Assembly (NCBI RefSeq): GCF_964204645.1
Contig: NC_134027.1
Span: 17,260,560-17,324,559 of the forward strand
DNA from: Tubulanus polymorphus
Taxonomy: Eukaryota > Animalia > Nemertea
Direction of reading: 5' to 3'
DNA: 64,000 bases
In this document: positions 26,676 through 39,736 of the stretch, piece by piece
Numbering within the stretch: the first letter of the stretch is position 1
Layout of the letters: each line of letters opens with the position of its first letter
Translations under genes and position numbers: made by a program
Notes under the pieces: model-generated
What the model was told of the DNA's origin: nothing
Database searches by the model: none
The model's input: the letters and a program-made list of their open reading frames with translations, nothing else

Positions 26676-27889
26676 GTACGTAGAATTGCATTATTTTATC
26701 CAATTACCAGGTATACAAACTACATAAATCTTATGATTGTACTGGAAATAATGAATGATTCTTAATCAGGTGCCCTCAATACTTTCCATATGAGATTGAA
26801 AAGATGCAAAAAAGTGGAGCAGTCCATCGACGAAAGGTAATCATTTAGCATTGATATCCTAGAAAATGAATGATTTGCAATTAGTTTTTATAACTTGAAT
26901 ACGAAACCACTTTATTCAAAATCCTTGCATTGAATTAATGAATCATATCGATAGCTGATAGCGAAAAAAAATTGAAGAATGATCAAGCAAGAGCATGGGA
27001 TGATTCAACAATAGTGGTAAAGTTGTTTTCCTAAGTGTGATTTGTACGTGATTTATCTTTATAAAGTTAGATACATTTTAACAGTTTTTTGTATCCTTCA
27101 ATCCAGTATAGCAGTTTTGACGTTGCGCATCATACAAGGAAACAATTCTGTTGTGAAGATCAAAGCGTCTTTTTCACATTCGACCAGGTACATATCATCT
27201 CAAGAACTTATGATTTAATATTAGTTTGGTCACTTTTATTTCACAATTACCTAAAGGCTGTGCATGCACAAATCTGTCTTTTTTTCCAGTACATGACTAA
27301 AATTGATGTGGCTGGTGTTGCTATTTGTTTAAAGCCTAAATTATTAACTCCTTTTTATCAGACTAAGAACGTGAGTAATATGTTTCTCGAAATGAAATTA
27401 TAGAAATTCATTGGTATTGGTATGATTTATGCTGTAAAGCTTTGTTTTCATATTCAGGGATGCTTCAATAGAAGTTGTCACAATACTAAAAGATTTAACA
27501 GAAAAAGGAAGTCAGTGAAACATGTAAATTTGATGCCCTTTCTGCGAGACGCGGGTTCATTTTTGTTATTTTTGCTTAGATGTTGAAGCAAAAACAGATT
27601 AATGTGCTCTTCCACATTAGGTTATTCATCCACAGACGGATCCTGCTGACTCGACATGTTTTTGCGGAGTTGAATTCACCAATTGGAAAGATCTTCTAGA
27701 CCATGTTAGTTTAAACCATACTGAAATGTAAGTACAACATAATTCAATTATTTTAGTACCTACAAATCCAAATGACTTAATGCAAATGACTCAGAGATAC
27801 CCATGTTTTATGTTAGGCCTATATGGGTAATTTCATACTCTATCTATTGATATGTCTAAAAAGAAGTGAGTTGATAATGCGTATTTCAG

Positions 27890-30800
27890 GCGGACAATGG
27901 AGGAAGAAGGAAAGGACGTGGCTTGTGACAATTTCTCGGAAGGAACGATAGAGGAAGCAGAAAAGATGCAGGAAGATAGTTCGAAAGAAAGGATAGAAAG
28001 ATTAAAGATGCAGGAAGATAGCTGGATGGAAAACAAAAAACAGCTAAGTATCACAGGTGGTGGAGGTATCGAACCAATCATAATTGATGATAGTGATGAG
28101 AATGATTCTGATGATGAGCATGTATGTAGAAGAAATTTTTGTTACAATCCAACAGAAATGTGCCTCAATGACTATCAGTTTTTGAAAATTCCTCCTGTTA
28201 TGCCATCAAAGGTCACGTCATTCAGAATTTGTGACATGTCTAATTCATGTCATTTGGCTGATGATGCCCCCACTATGCCCCACAAAAATCAGTTGGAGGA
28301 CATAAAAGCACAGATGCAGTCAAGGATTGTCCGTGACCCTTCCATTAATATCCATGTGAGACTCGATACCGGCTGCTATTCTATTGATCAGATTAATAGG
28401 TTTCTTTTCTTACATTATGCTAAAACCAAACAACAAGATCTTTTTGCCATGAATCTTTGGGTAAATAGTAAGCCTTTAAGCCCCACTGATTCAGTCGATG
28501 TCTACTTTCTCTAAGATATCACGATTATCTCGCAGACAGAGACATAAACGATCAACTGAGTCTAATAATGCACTAGCTAGTTCTGAATTAAAGATGTCAG
28601 ACTCTCATATTGCCCCTAAAAATAGCAAATCAGTCTTAACTACAGCCAAATCTAAATCTACACCAATTTTGAATAATGAATCAACACCTGAATCAACACC
28701 AATTTCGAATAGTGAATCTGCACCAATTTTGACTAATGAATCAACACCTGAATCAACACCAATTTCGAATAGTGAATCTGCACCAATTTTGACTAATGAA
28801 TCAACACCTGAATCAACACCAATTTCGAATAGTGAATTCATCCATCTGAATTCTATATATTTAATGATGGCAATGGTTTTTTCAGAATCAAGCCATGTTC
28901 ATCAACATCTAGATTTTGTCCTTTTGTACAACATGATAAAGATGCAAGTCTAAAGCAAGGAGCATCTGACAATAATCTTAAATCAGTACTATGTAATTTT
29001 CATGTCCTGCAGTGTATTCGTCGCTTCATGAATGAAAATCAAGAACTTCGCTTATTTTGCAAGCCTCTAGAAACTGGTTTCAAATGCATTATGAGATCAT
29101 GGGATGCTTCCTCTAGAACTGATATAGCCAATTCATTTATTAGTTTTATTGAGAATGATATTTCTTTAGACCTTATGTCGCAAGATACAAAAACATTATT
29201 TATTGATTACCTAAAGAAGAATTGGTTTAATTCCCAAATTTGGTCTGATGCATTCAATGCTGAATCAATTTAATCAGTCAGACCAATCTAACAGAAATAA
29301 CCCTTTGCTATTAACTGATAATATTACTGAGCGCAAATTCAAACAAATAGATGATGTCTACTTAAGTGGACACCTAAATAAACTGATATCATCTTTTGTA
29401 CGATTACTGTTTGAAAATGTTTTTAATGATGAGATAAAAGCGACAAATATGAACAATCTCCAATTTAAGCAACTTGACCAACGAGTTAAGAATATACGTC
29501 ACCTTGAAAAGATAGAAAAGTGTTGCAAAAGAGCCTTGGATTTATTACAGAATAATGAGATTTTAAAATATGATGAAGAAACTAGTTGGTTTGTTGTGAA
29601 GAGTTCTTCACGAAAGAACTTAAATAGGTTAGAAGATAATGATAATTTTTTCAATGGTGATACTCAATATACATTCAATCAGCTTGATGTTTTAGAAGAA
29701 AGATTCCCCGATAAAGTATCAATATCCGAGGAACATTCATATGACATTTCAAAAAAATGCCGAAGGTACATAGGAAATTTAGATTCAATATCCAGTCGTA
29801 TCTTATTCAATTACGTTATTACAATCGTTCCTGAAAATTGTCTTTCGTACGTAGATGGTAATTGCCATTTAATCAATTTGAAACTAGGTATATGTACTTG
29901 TGAAGCTTTTATAATGATTGGACAACCATATTTTTGCAAACATCTTTTTGCCTGTTTTGCCCAAAAAACAATATAACCTCAACGAAGGCTTTAATTGATG
30001 CATATAAATTCCACATTGTGAAGCCTCTGCCAACTTACAATTTTACTCGACAGAATAGTTCTGTTTCATCTACCCTCATTGATAAGTTAAAAGATCATTC
30101 CCACATTGCTAGCTCGAATGATATCAATGCTGCTCGGAAAGGGCACATTCTAAGTATTTTACATAATGAAAGCCACTGTGGAATTAAGTTAATAAGCGGA
30201 CGACCTGCCAAACGACAACCTCACAATATGGCTCATAGGCGTGCTGAGGGTCCAATCAAGGACAATCAGGTTGCCATAAACCTTCCTGAACTTGAAGTGA
30301 TAGACCCTTACTGCCCTAAGGTTACAATGCCTAAAGATGCTGAGAATGCAAGACACGGAGGGCGAAAGATAATTAGACCTGCTAACAGAGGTGTATCCTT
30401 TTCTGCTATGGTTGAAAATGCTGCTATCAAACTAGGTAAAAAAGCTAAAATATCAGAAATTGAAACCATAGACTCCACTGATCCAGATCCTGGCAATGAT
30501 ATAGAGTTTTCAGCAGATATTTTAAGTCAGAATAAATCATCCTTACCGAAAAAATCAAAAGATACCAAACCAAAAGATATTAAGTCAATACCAGTTGTTA
30601 AAAATGACTCGAAGTCTGTTTTATTTGAAAAAAAGTATTGTCTGTTCCTTTTGTATTAAAGACAAAATAAATCCTCCATATCTTTGTTCATGTCGCAGGG
30701 AACTAGATAGGCACATATCCACTTCTCATTCATCCTTGAAACCTATCTCATGTGCTATTTGTTGGGCAGATGTGGTTATTAATTCACATGCAAGGGAAAC

Positions 30801-31215
30801 ATTCCTTCAAAAGCACATTCGTATTGAACATAATCATCATAAGAAAAAATCTATTGTAATCGATTATAATAATAGAGATGATTATCTCAACAGTTCTCCT
30901 ATTACAGAAATCAATAATTCCAATTCTGAAAAAGAATTAGAAATTCTTATAGATCAACCTGGAAATGCAGGCCTCCAAAACCTAGCAAAATTGAAACTAG
31001 ATAATCTTTTTTCATCAAAAACCCCTTCTCAGTTAGTTGCTGAAACCTGCCTTGTCTGCCACAAAAACTGCAATGCTAATCCTAAGAAAAAGTCCACATT
31101 CTCAATTGAATGTGATAATTGCCATAGATGGTATCATTGGAAATTTGCTCCAATCAATGAGGCTCCTCCTGAACATATCAGGTGGTTTTGTTTTCATTGT
31201 GACCCGATTTCCTAA
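27890..31215 (+). pseudogene. Mutator/MULE-type DDE transposase with SWIM, C2H2 and PHD fingers, frameshifted
   Basis: VQHDKDASL...LCNFHV (D and CxxH), YLKKNWF, TDNITERKF (E), SWIM CTCEAF...CKHLFAC, C2H2 fingers, PHD CLVC...IECDNCHRWYH...WFCFHC; spread over several overlapping ORFs. Confidence 0.8.
28660..28836 (+). repeat. 60-bp coding tandem repeat, about 3 copies
   Basis: Encodes PIL(N/T)NESTPESTPISNSE repeated. Confidence 0.9.
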
Positions 31216-31994
31216 ATAGTTTGTATTGAATATTATTGATCGGGTTTCGAATGAATCCCTGACGTTAGAAATATTTTCATATCCCATGGTGAACGTAGAA
31301 GCCTATAATGACCGTCACTTAGTCACCTATATATTTACTCGATTATATATAAGGTTAAGAAGCAATGTATATGCACTGGTGTTTATAGTGCTCTATTTCA
31401 GGTTTTTTCTTTCAAAAAAATATATTTTGTGAATAGATTACCGCTTGATTTTTTATGTTACAGGTTACTGCAAAATCATCAGTTATTGTGATGCGTGCCG
31501 ATGTCTCTGGATAATTCTGACCATGTCTAGAACTTCAACATCCTTGACTTATCATCAATTGGCAGCAGTATACATACATGCATGTTCAGAGAGTGTATGA
31601 AGAGAGTGTATGGACACATCAACCTCGGTTCAAGGCTGTCCCTGATTAAATTGTATAATCCATATATAATATATATAGATTGGTCCCATTTTAACTTACT
31701 CAACTGCTTGAATGTCTTGTTTCTTATTCGTAAATTTTCACTTATTCATTGATTGTTTCTGTAGAATTTTATATGTGATATATAAACGTGGAAACCAGGG
31801 CCCATTGCACTAAGAAAGACACTTGACATTTTTTTGGGACAGATCTTTCTATATGTTTATGTCCTCGAGGCATCTGAAGTTAAGAAAATTCCCTTTGAAA
31901 ACTGGAAATGACAAAATGAATTAAGTTGTGGAATGTTTAAATTCGACAAAATGAATGTATTTTGCATTCCTAAGGCCCTATATATTTACTGCAG

Positions 31995-32720
31995 TTAGTC
32001 CTGTATGTCTTTTTTATCGCAATTTACTGTGGTTTATTCCTGTTTGTCCTGTATGTCTTTGTGATCGCGATCGCAATTCATTGGTTGCATTGTTTACTGT
32101 TAGTCCTGTATATTCTGTATGTCTATCGCAATTAAGTTAGTCCTGTATGTCCTGTATGTCTTTAATTAATTAGTTAATCGCAATTCATTGGTTGTTGAAT
32201 TGTCTACTGTTAGTCCTGTATGTCCTGTGGTTTAGTCCTGTATGTCTTAGTTAATCGCAATTCATTGATTGCATTGTTTACTGTTAGTCCTGTTTGTCCT
32301 GTATGTCTTAGTTAATCGCAATTCATTGGTTTTTGAATTGTCTACTGTTAGTCCTGTATGTCCTGTGGTTTAGTCCCGTATGTCCTGTATGTCTTAGTTA
32401 ATCGCAATTCATTGGTTGAATTGTTTACTGTTAGTCCTGTATGTCCTGTATGTCTATCGCAATTAAGTTAGTCCTGTATGTCTTAGTTAATCGCAATTCA
32501 TTGGTTGAATTGTCTACTGTTAGTCCTGTATGTCCTGTGGTTTAGTCCTGTATGTCTTAGTTAATCGAAATTCATTGGTTGCATTGTTTACTGTTAGTCC
32601 TGTATGTCTTAGTTAATCGCAATTCATTGGTTGTTGAATTGTCTACTGTTAGTCCTGTATGTCCTGTGGTTTAGTCCTGTATGTCTTAGTTAATCGCAAT
32701 TCGTTGGTTGAATTGTCTAC
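31995..32720. repeat. Complex minisatellite
   Basis: Interleaved TTAGTCCTGTATGTCCTG and GTTAATCGCAATTCATTGGTT modules in about 55-75-bp units. Confidence 0.9.
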
Positions 32721-33109
32721 GCTCGTTTTTACGATGCCGCTCGCTGGCGCCGCCTCACTTCCGAGTGAGCGTTTTCGCGGTGGTGCGGTTTACTCCGGTT
32801 TATTTTTTAGTAAATATCTCCGTATCGGTCTTATAGTCGTCATTTTTCGCGTTAATCTTAAGATATTATAGAACTTAATTCTATTTCTCGCGTATGAAGT
32901 CTTTATTTAGCGTTTTATCATTCGTCACGGTCGAATGATTTCGCGTGCCCTACTTTGTCCGCGGAGCGTATAAACTGCTCGTCACGCTTGACCAATCGCC
33001 GCGTGCGTTGACCGCATGAAAACTATAAATTTAGCGCAATGGCGCTCATTGGCAACTTGGCTCTGGCAGAGCCACATTAGAAACTCTTTCTTGCTACTTC
33101 TTCACCGTT

Positions 33110-33881
33110 TTACGAATCTGGACTACTTTCTGAGACCAATCGCGAGTCGAGTATCAACATACATCCAAGATACTAATGACTTTCTCAACAAAGTCAACTC
33201 CCTCCCTCCCCTCAACAAAGATGCGATATTGGTGACAATGGATGTCAAAAGTCTATACACCAACATTCCCCACGGAGAAGCCATCAGTAGCATCCTAAAG
33301 AGTCTAGATGACTTCCCGCTACAATACGCACTACGCACAATACGCACGCACAATACGCCGTCCAGACAAAAGACGCTTCGTTCAATTCCTGAATCTAATA
33401 CTGAAGAGAAATGAATTCTCTTTCGGGAAAAACGAACACCGCCTTCAAATAGAGGGTTGCGCCATGGGTTCGACTGTCAGCCCGAGTCTAGCGATCATAT
33501 TTATGCATTATCTCGAGACTAAAGGTATCCGCTCGGCACCGAACAATACTATACCCATGTTATATTGGAGATATAGATGATATATTCTCAATCTGGACCC
33601 ACAGTGAAGATAAACTACTCGAATTTTCCGAACATATGAACCAATCACACCGTACAATCCAATACGACACTGACACAATCAAGGGTACTCATTTTGATTC
33701 AATTTCACTGATCACCAAATACCATCCGAACACGGATAATATCCGTCAGTCGCTTACAAAACACTGGGAAATAATCCAATCGAACGCGACTCTGAGAATA
33801 ATATTCAAGGAACCTCCCAGAATATTATTCACACGCGGCAAAAATCTTAGAGACATTCTAGTCCGCGCGAGATGTGTGTAA
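33110..33881 (+). pseudogene. Penelope-like retroelement RT fragment, internally deleted
   Basis: YIQDTNDFL, LVTMDVKSLYTNIPH, GCAMGS, YWRY-DDI, and the linker TKYHP...KHWEIIQ...GKNLRDILVRA. Confidence 0.85.
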
Positions 33882-33944
33882 AGCACACCACCATCTCAAC
33901 TTCAATACCGTAATAATAGTCGGTTTATGTGCTTCATACGAATC

Positions 33945-34263
33945 AGTAATTAGAAGATGGCGTTTTCATACCAGAGGTCGAGAGGTCGAGACACCACTCA
34001 TCACAGCTAGGTTCTAGTGAGAACGGACGATTGCTCTGTGATGCACATATACAGTGAGTGCGCGTAACGACAACTGCGCGTGGATAGATAGATACAGTGA
34101 GTCGCTACCGAGAACGGTTATCAACGCGTGTGCTATAAATGTAGTACAGTGATTGCGTGTCAAGTGTGCTCGGATAAATAGATGCTGTGAGGCTTGGGTG
34201 AGAACGGTTAATAGCGTGCTTGTTATATACAAGGGGAAGTAATCCCCACTCATCACCACAAGT
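33945..34263. repeat. Left TIR of element B
   Basis: Reverse complement of 49701-50019 with about 8 mismatches by eye. Confidence 0.97.
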
Positions 34264-34724
34264 TATTTGTTTTCCTTATAAATGGGAGAGAATAAGACAG
34301 AACAAATTGATGTTAATGAAAATCAATATTATTGTCCATATTGTAAAAAATACATTGATAAATCTCAAAAATCGCGTCATGAAAAATCTTCAAATCATAT
34401 AAAAAATGTTATAGATTTTGAAACTTCAGAAAATTCCAATGAAAGAAAAGAACGATTAGAAAATATGAACGTGGATGAAATAAAATGTGAAGTTTGTAAT
34501 GAATTTATAGTAAAAAGGAATTATGATAGACATCTCGAATCACAAAAACACCATCAAAATTTGAGTAATAATGTTTTAGGAAAAGATTATTTCGATGATA
34601 AACCTCAAAAAGTAAAAAAACCAACTTCAAAAACTAAATCCATTTCAAATAAACCTTACATGGAAAATGTTAGAAATTATATTGATTCACTAGAAATAAA
34701 AGATACAATTGAAATATTAGAAAC

Positions 34725-35196
34725 TGTGAAGTCAATGTATATGTTATATGTAAAGTTATTTGTTTGTATAAAGTGTAACGGTAGTTGGTCGTTCTTTTGT
34801 TCGTTCTCTTGTCAGTATTCCAGTATTCTGTAGTATTGTGTTGTATTGTTGTTGTTGTCTGGTATTGTTATTTTCCCGCCTCAAAGTTTATTGGCATATC
34901 CGTTTCCGGGTTACTCCCGCATTTTGTGTGATATTTTTGGCACTTGGTCGTTGGAGCTCCTCGGAGTATCAGTGCTTGTCTGTGTGCTTGCTATATTGGA
35001 ATCTCCCTCAGTCGTCATGTAAGTTTTGTACAAATTTATATAAATTAATTATTGTAACTGTTTACAACATTTCCTACCCTTATAATATTTGTTTTTGTAG
35101 AAACGTGTAATATTCGTCGTTTGTTTTTGTCGTCGTAATTTGAAAATAAACGCATCAATGAGAAGTATCGACTGACTTCGTTTGTCATTTGCAACA
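34725..35196 (+). mobile_element. 472-bp solo LTR inserted in pPolB
   Basis: TGTG...CAACA, 5-bp TSD GAAAC (34720-34724 and 35197-35201); removing it restores EILETLRSKIGPAA, matching ETFKSDIGPAA in fragment A1. Confidence 0.88.
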
Positions 35197-38100
35197 GAAA
35201 CATTACGTAGTAAAATTGGTCCTGCAGCTATTATATTTAGATATTTTAAAGGTACAACAATAGAAGATTATAGTAAATTTAATGAAATAATAGAAGAAAT
35301 ACTTGTTTTGATAACAGATGTTGAATATCCAAAAATTAGTATAATAATTTCAAAAACGCAAATAAAAGAGAAGTTAGAAAAAGTATTTAATGACTTTAAA
35401 CGTCATATTGAAGAAAGATATTTTGAGGGTCCTGGTTTATCATTAAATGAAATTATATTTTTAGATTTAAATGTTTATAATACAAAAAGGAATAAAACAT
35501 CAAAAAGTAAAACAATGTTTAAAAATGATTCAAACTTTACAACAGAAAAGGATATTAAAGCATCATCAGCAGTAATAAATGTTCAAAATGAAGATAATAA
35601 ATGTTTTCTATGGTCAATTATTAGTTGCTTACATCCAACAGAAGATATAACACATAGTTTTAGAATAACAAATTACCGGAAATATGAAACATTATATGAA
35701 ATTGATCAATATCCAGTAACTATAAAAATGATACCCAAAATAGAAAAAATTAATAATTTAAAAATAAATGTATTCGAATTAATGCAATTACCAAATACAA
35801 AAGGTGAAAAAATTAAAGATTATACATTGGAAGCTTTATATTTAACAGAATATTATGATGATAAAAATGCTATAGATTTGTTATATTACAAAAAAGATGA
35901 AAATGAACATTATATGTGGTTAAAACAAATTGATTTATTCTTTAGAACAGAAAGTGATTTTGACAGTCATAAAATTTATCTATGTAGAAAATGTTTATCT
36001 AAATTTAGAACTGAGAATGCGTTACTAAAACATAAAGAATTATGTGATAATAAAGATTTTTGCAAATTGATAATGCCAACAGAAAAAGATTATAAATTGA
36101 AATTTACTAATCATAAATTTAAAAATATTGTTCCATTTGTAATTTATGGGGATTTTGAATCGGTGAATAAAGAATTAACTGATCAAGATAGAAAAGAAAT
36201 ATATAACAAAAAGCAATTATTAAAATCAATGGATAAAGGAAATTAATTAAATGAAGACACAACACACGACCCGCCAATTATAAATACAATTAAAAAAGTT
36301 CATCAAAGAGCTGCTGCTTATGGAATTTATATAAAATCAAATTATCCTGAATAATATGAAAGTCAATATATTTCTTTTAGAGGTGAAAATGTAGTTAATG
36401 ATTTTTGTGAAAAAAATGATTGAATTAGAAAGTGATTTTGCAAAATTATTAAACAAAAATAAAAGAATAGTTATGACAAAAGAAGATGAAATTGATTTTA
36501 ATTATGCAACTCATTGTAGTTATTGTGAAAAACGTTTTTATTCATTTGATAAAAAAGTTAGAGATCATGATCATTTGAATTCAAAATATCGTGGAGCTGC
36601 TCATGAAGATTGTAATTTACAAGCTAAGAAAGTTAATTTCGTACCAATATTATTTCATAATTTATCAGGCTATGATACCCATCTATTTATAAAACAATTA
36701 TCGGGAAAATAGGGCGCAATTAATCAAGAAATAGAAGAATATAATGCTATGAATGGTGTAAATGTAAGAAAATATGATTTTAAACTATTAGCTAAAACAT
36801 CTGAAAATTATATTTCATTTCAATTTGGTTGCATTAGATTTTTAGATTCTTATAGATTTCTAGCAAGTTCATTAGATAATTTATCAAAAAGTTTAGTTGA
36901 TAATGATTTTGTTATAACTCGATATTATTACCCAAATGCACAAGATTTTAAATTATTGAGATATAAATGTGTAATTCCTTATTCATTTTATAAAACACAC
37001 AATGATTTTAATGTAACAGAATTATTAAAAGATCAATTTTATGATCAATTAAAAGAGGAGTATGTGAAAGATGAAGTGTTTAATAGAACATTAAATATTT
37101 GGAACCATTTTAAGATGAAAAATCATGGTGAATTAGTTGATTTATATTTAAAATCAGATGTTATGATATTGGCTGACATATTTGAAAAATTTAGAGAAGT
37201 TAATTTAAATCATTTTAATGTTGATCCTTGTTATTGCTACTCTAGTCCTGGTTTAACCTGGCAATGTGGTTTAAAATATACTAACGTAGAATTAGATTTA
37301 TTAAAAGAACCAGACATGGTTTTATTATTTGAAAAATCAATTAGAGGTGGAATTAGTGGTGTTATGGGAGATAGATATTTTAAAGCAAATGATGAATATA
37401 AATTATTATATATTGACGCCAATAATTTATATGGTTGGGCAATGATGCAACCTCAACCATACAAAAATTTTATATTGACAGAAGTTGAAAATGATGATAA
37501 AACTGATTGGGAAAGCGCAATTGCGAGTTTAAAAGATGAAGCACCAATTGGTTATTTCTTTGTAGTTGATTTAGAATATCCTGAAAATATAAAGTTTAAA
37601 ACAAGAAACTTACCTTATTGCCCAGAACATTTAACCGTAGATGATAGTTATTTAAGTGAATACCAGAAGAAAATAAAACCGAAAGATCATGTTTTTACAG
37701 AAAAATTAATACTTACTCAAAATAATAAATACAATTATATTGTTCATTATAGAATGTTGAAATTTTATCTAAAACAAGGAATGAAATTAAAGAAAGTACA
37801 TAGATATATTGAATTTAATCAATCGAAGTGGTTAGAAAAATATATAGATTTCAATACTCAACAGAGAACCATATCAAAAACAGATTTTGAAAAAGATGTC
37901 TTCAAATTAATGAATAATAGTTTTTATGGTAAAACATGTGAAAATATTAGAAATAGAAATGATATTGAATTAGTAAATAATTCTGAAAGATTAAGACATT
38001 TACAATCAAGTCCTAGACATTTAGGAAATAAAAGATTTGAAGATTATTTAACAGCAGTTAAATTAAAAAGAACGTCAATGAAATTTAATAAACCTATATT

Positions 38101-38209
38101 CATTGGTTCAACTGTTTTAGAAGTATCAAAATTATTAATGTATGATTTTTATTATAATGTTTTACAACCACTTTTTGGGGAAAAGCATATTGAAATATTA
38201 TATTTTGAT

Positions 38210-39284
38210 TCTGTAACAGCTGACACCCCAATATTATAAAAATGTAATGATAAAATATTGATAAGAAGAATTTCAGAAATAATTCCAAAACAAAATGAAT
38301 GTTATATTTCATATGGTGAAAAAGAATTAATACAAATAAATGGATAATTGGATGTTTGGACAAGAAATGGATGGAAAAAATTAAAGAATATTATTAGGCA
38401 TAAAACAAATAAGAAAATCTATAGAGTTAGAACTAAATTAGGGTTTGTACATGTTACAGAAGATCATAGTTTAATTAAACGAAATGGCGATGAAATAAAA
38501 CCAACTGATATAAAAATTGGAGATGAATTATTACATAAAAGATTTTTCCAAAGAATGAATCATATGTCATTTGATAAAATAATTGATAATATTTATAATA
38601 TAGAACCTGAAACATTAGAAGAAAAAGAATATTTTATCAAAGGATTTTTTATGGGAGATGGTTCAGCAGGTGTGTATAAATATGTTTGGGGTAATAAATA
38701 TTGTTGGTATTTATGCAATCAAGATTTGATATTATTAGAAAGAATAAAGAAATATTGTGAAGAAGTTTATCCAAATAAAACATTTAAAATCATGGATGTT
38801 ATGAAATCATCAGCAGATTATAGAATACTTGTAAATAATCCTAAAGATTTTGCTATAAAATATAATGATGAATTCTATATTCATGCAATAGTGAAAAGTA
38901 CTTCAACTAAATACTTCAACTAAAGAAAAGATAGTTCCAGATTATGTATTAAATGCAAAAAATAATTTAAGAAAATGGTTCTTCATTGGATTCTACGCAG
39001 CAGATGGTGCTAACAAATTTACAAAGGATAAAAAGAGAACCTTTGCACAGAAAGGAAAAGTTGCTATATCAGGGTTAAATATATTATGTAATTCATTAGG
39101 CTTCAATATGAATATTGGATTGATTAAATCTAAACCAAATTGCTTTAATTTAAGCCACACAGAAAAAGATTTAACTGAAGAAGTTAAAGATTTATTTGAA
39201 ATATATAACCCAACAGATTATGTTTATGATTTATCAACTGAAGATGGTACATTTAAATGTGGATTTCCATTAATTTGCTTCAAT
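38210..39284 (+). mobile_element. Intein with LAGLIDADG homing endonuclease, inserted in pPolB motif C (degenerate)
   Basis: Block A SVTADTPIL after YFD; block B VTEDHSL; block C GFFMGDG; block E GFYAADG; block F YVYDLST; terminal Asn before TDS. Two in-frame stops and a 13-bp duplication. Confidence 0.95.
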
Positions 39285-39736
39285 ACTGACAGTTACATAC
39301 TAAAAATCAAGACAAATGACATAACAAAAGACTTAAAAACATTAAAACATCGTTTTGATTTTAGCAATTATCCCAAAGATCATGAACTATTTAGCAATGA
39401 TACTAAAAAGATTCCTGGTAAATTTAAAGATGAATTAGGGGGTGATGAAATGATTGAATTTGTTGGGATAAGAAGTAAAATGTATAGTTATAGAACAAAA
39501 GATCATGAAGCTAAAAAGTTAAAAGGAATAACAAAACATGTGGTTGATAAACATATAGAATTTCAAGATTATATAAAGTGTTTATATAAATCAATTGTAA
39601 TGAAACATAAAATGAATTGTTTAAGATCAGAAGATCACGAGATGAACATTAATGAAGTTTAAAAATCTAGTTTGAATCCATTTGATGATAAAAGGCATAT
39701 TTTAGATGATGGTATAAAAACATTACCTTATGGTTA

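Noticed and set aside
31995-32720. Possible CRISPR-like array
   Set aside because: No unique spacers, irregular units, no cas genes and a eukaryotic context; it is a minisatellite.
23633-32760. TIR-bounded autonomous MULE around the transposase gene
   Set aside because: No matching inverted ends or TSD were found by eye; GC hairpins at about 23668 and 24852 have no partners.
34014-34259. Near-identical 81-aa ORFs at 34014-34259 (-) and 49705-49950 (+)
   Set aside because: They lie inside the TIRs and read outward; the identity is explained by the inverted repeat and there is no protein motif.
38210-39284. Hedgehog-type Hint domain or intron as the explanation for the pPolB insert
   Set aside because: It has LAGLIDADG motifs, a terminal Asn before Thr, sits in frame within motif C and has no GT-AG boundaries.
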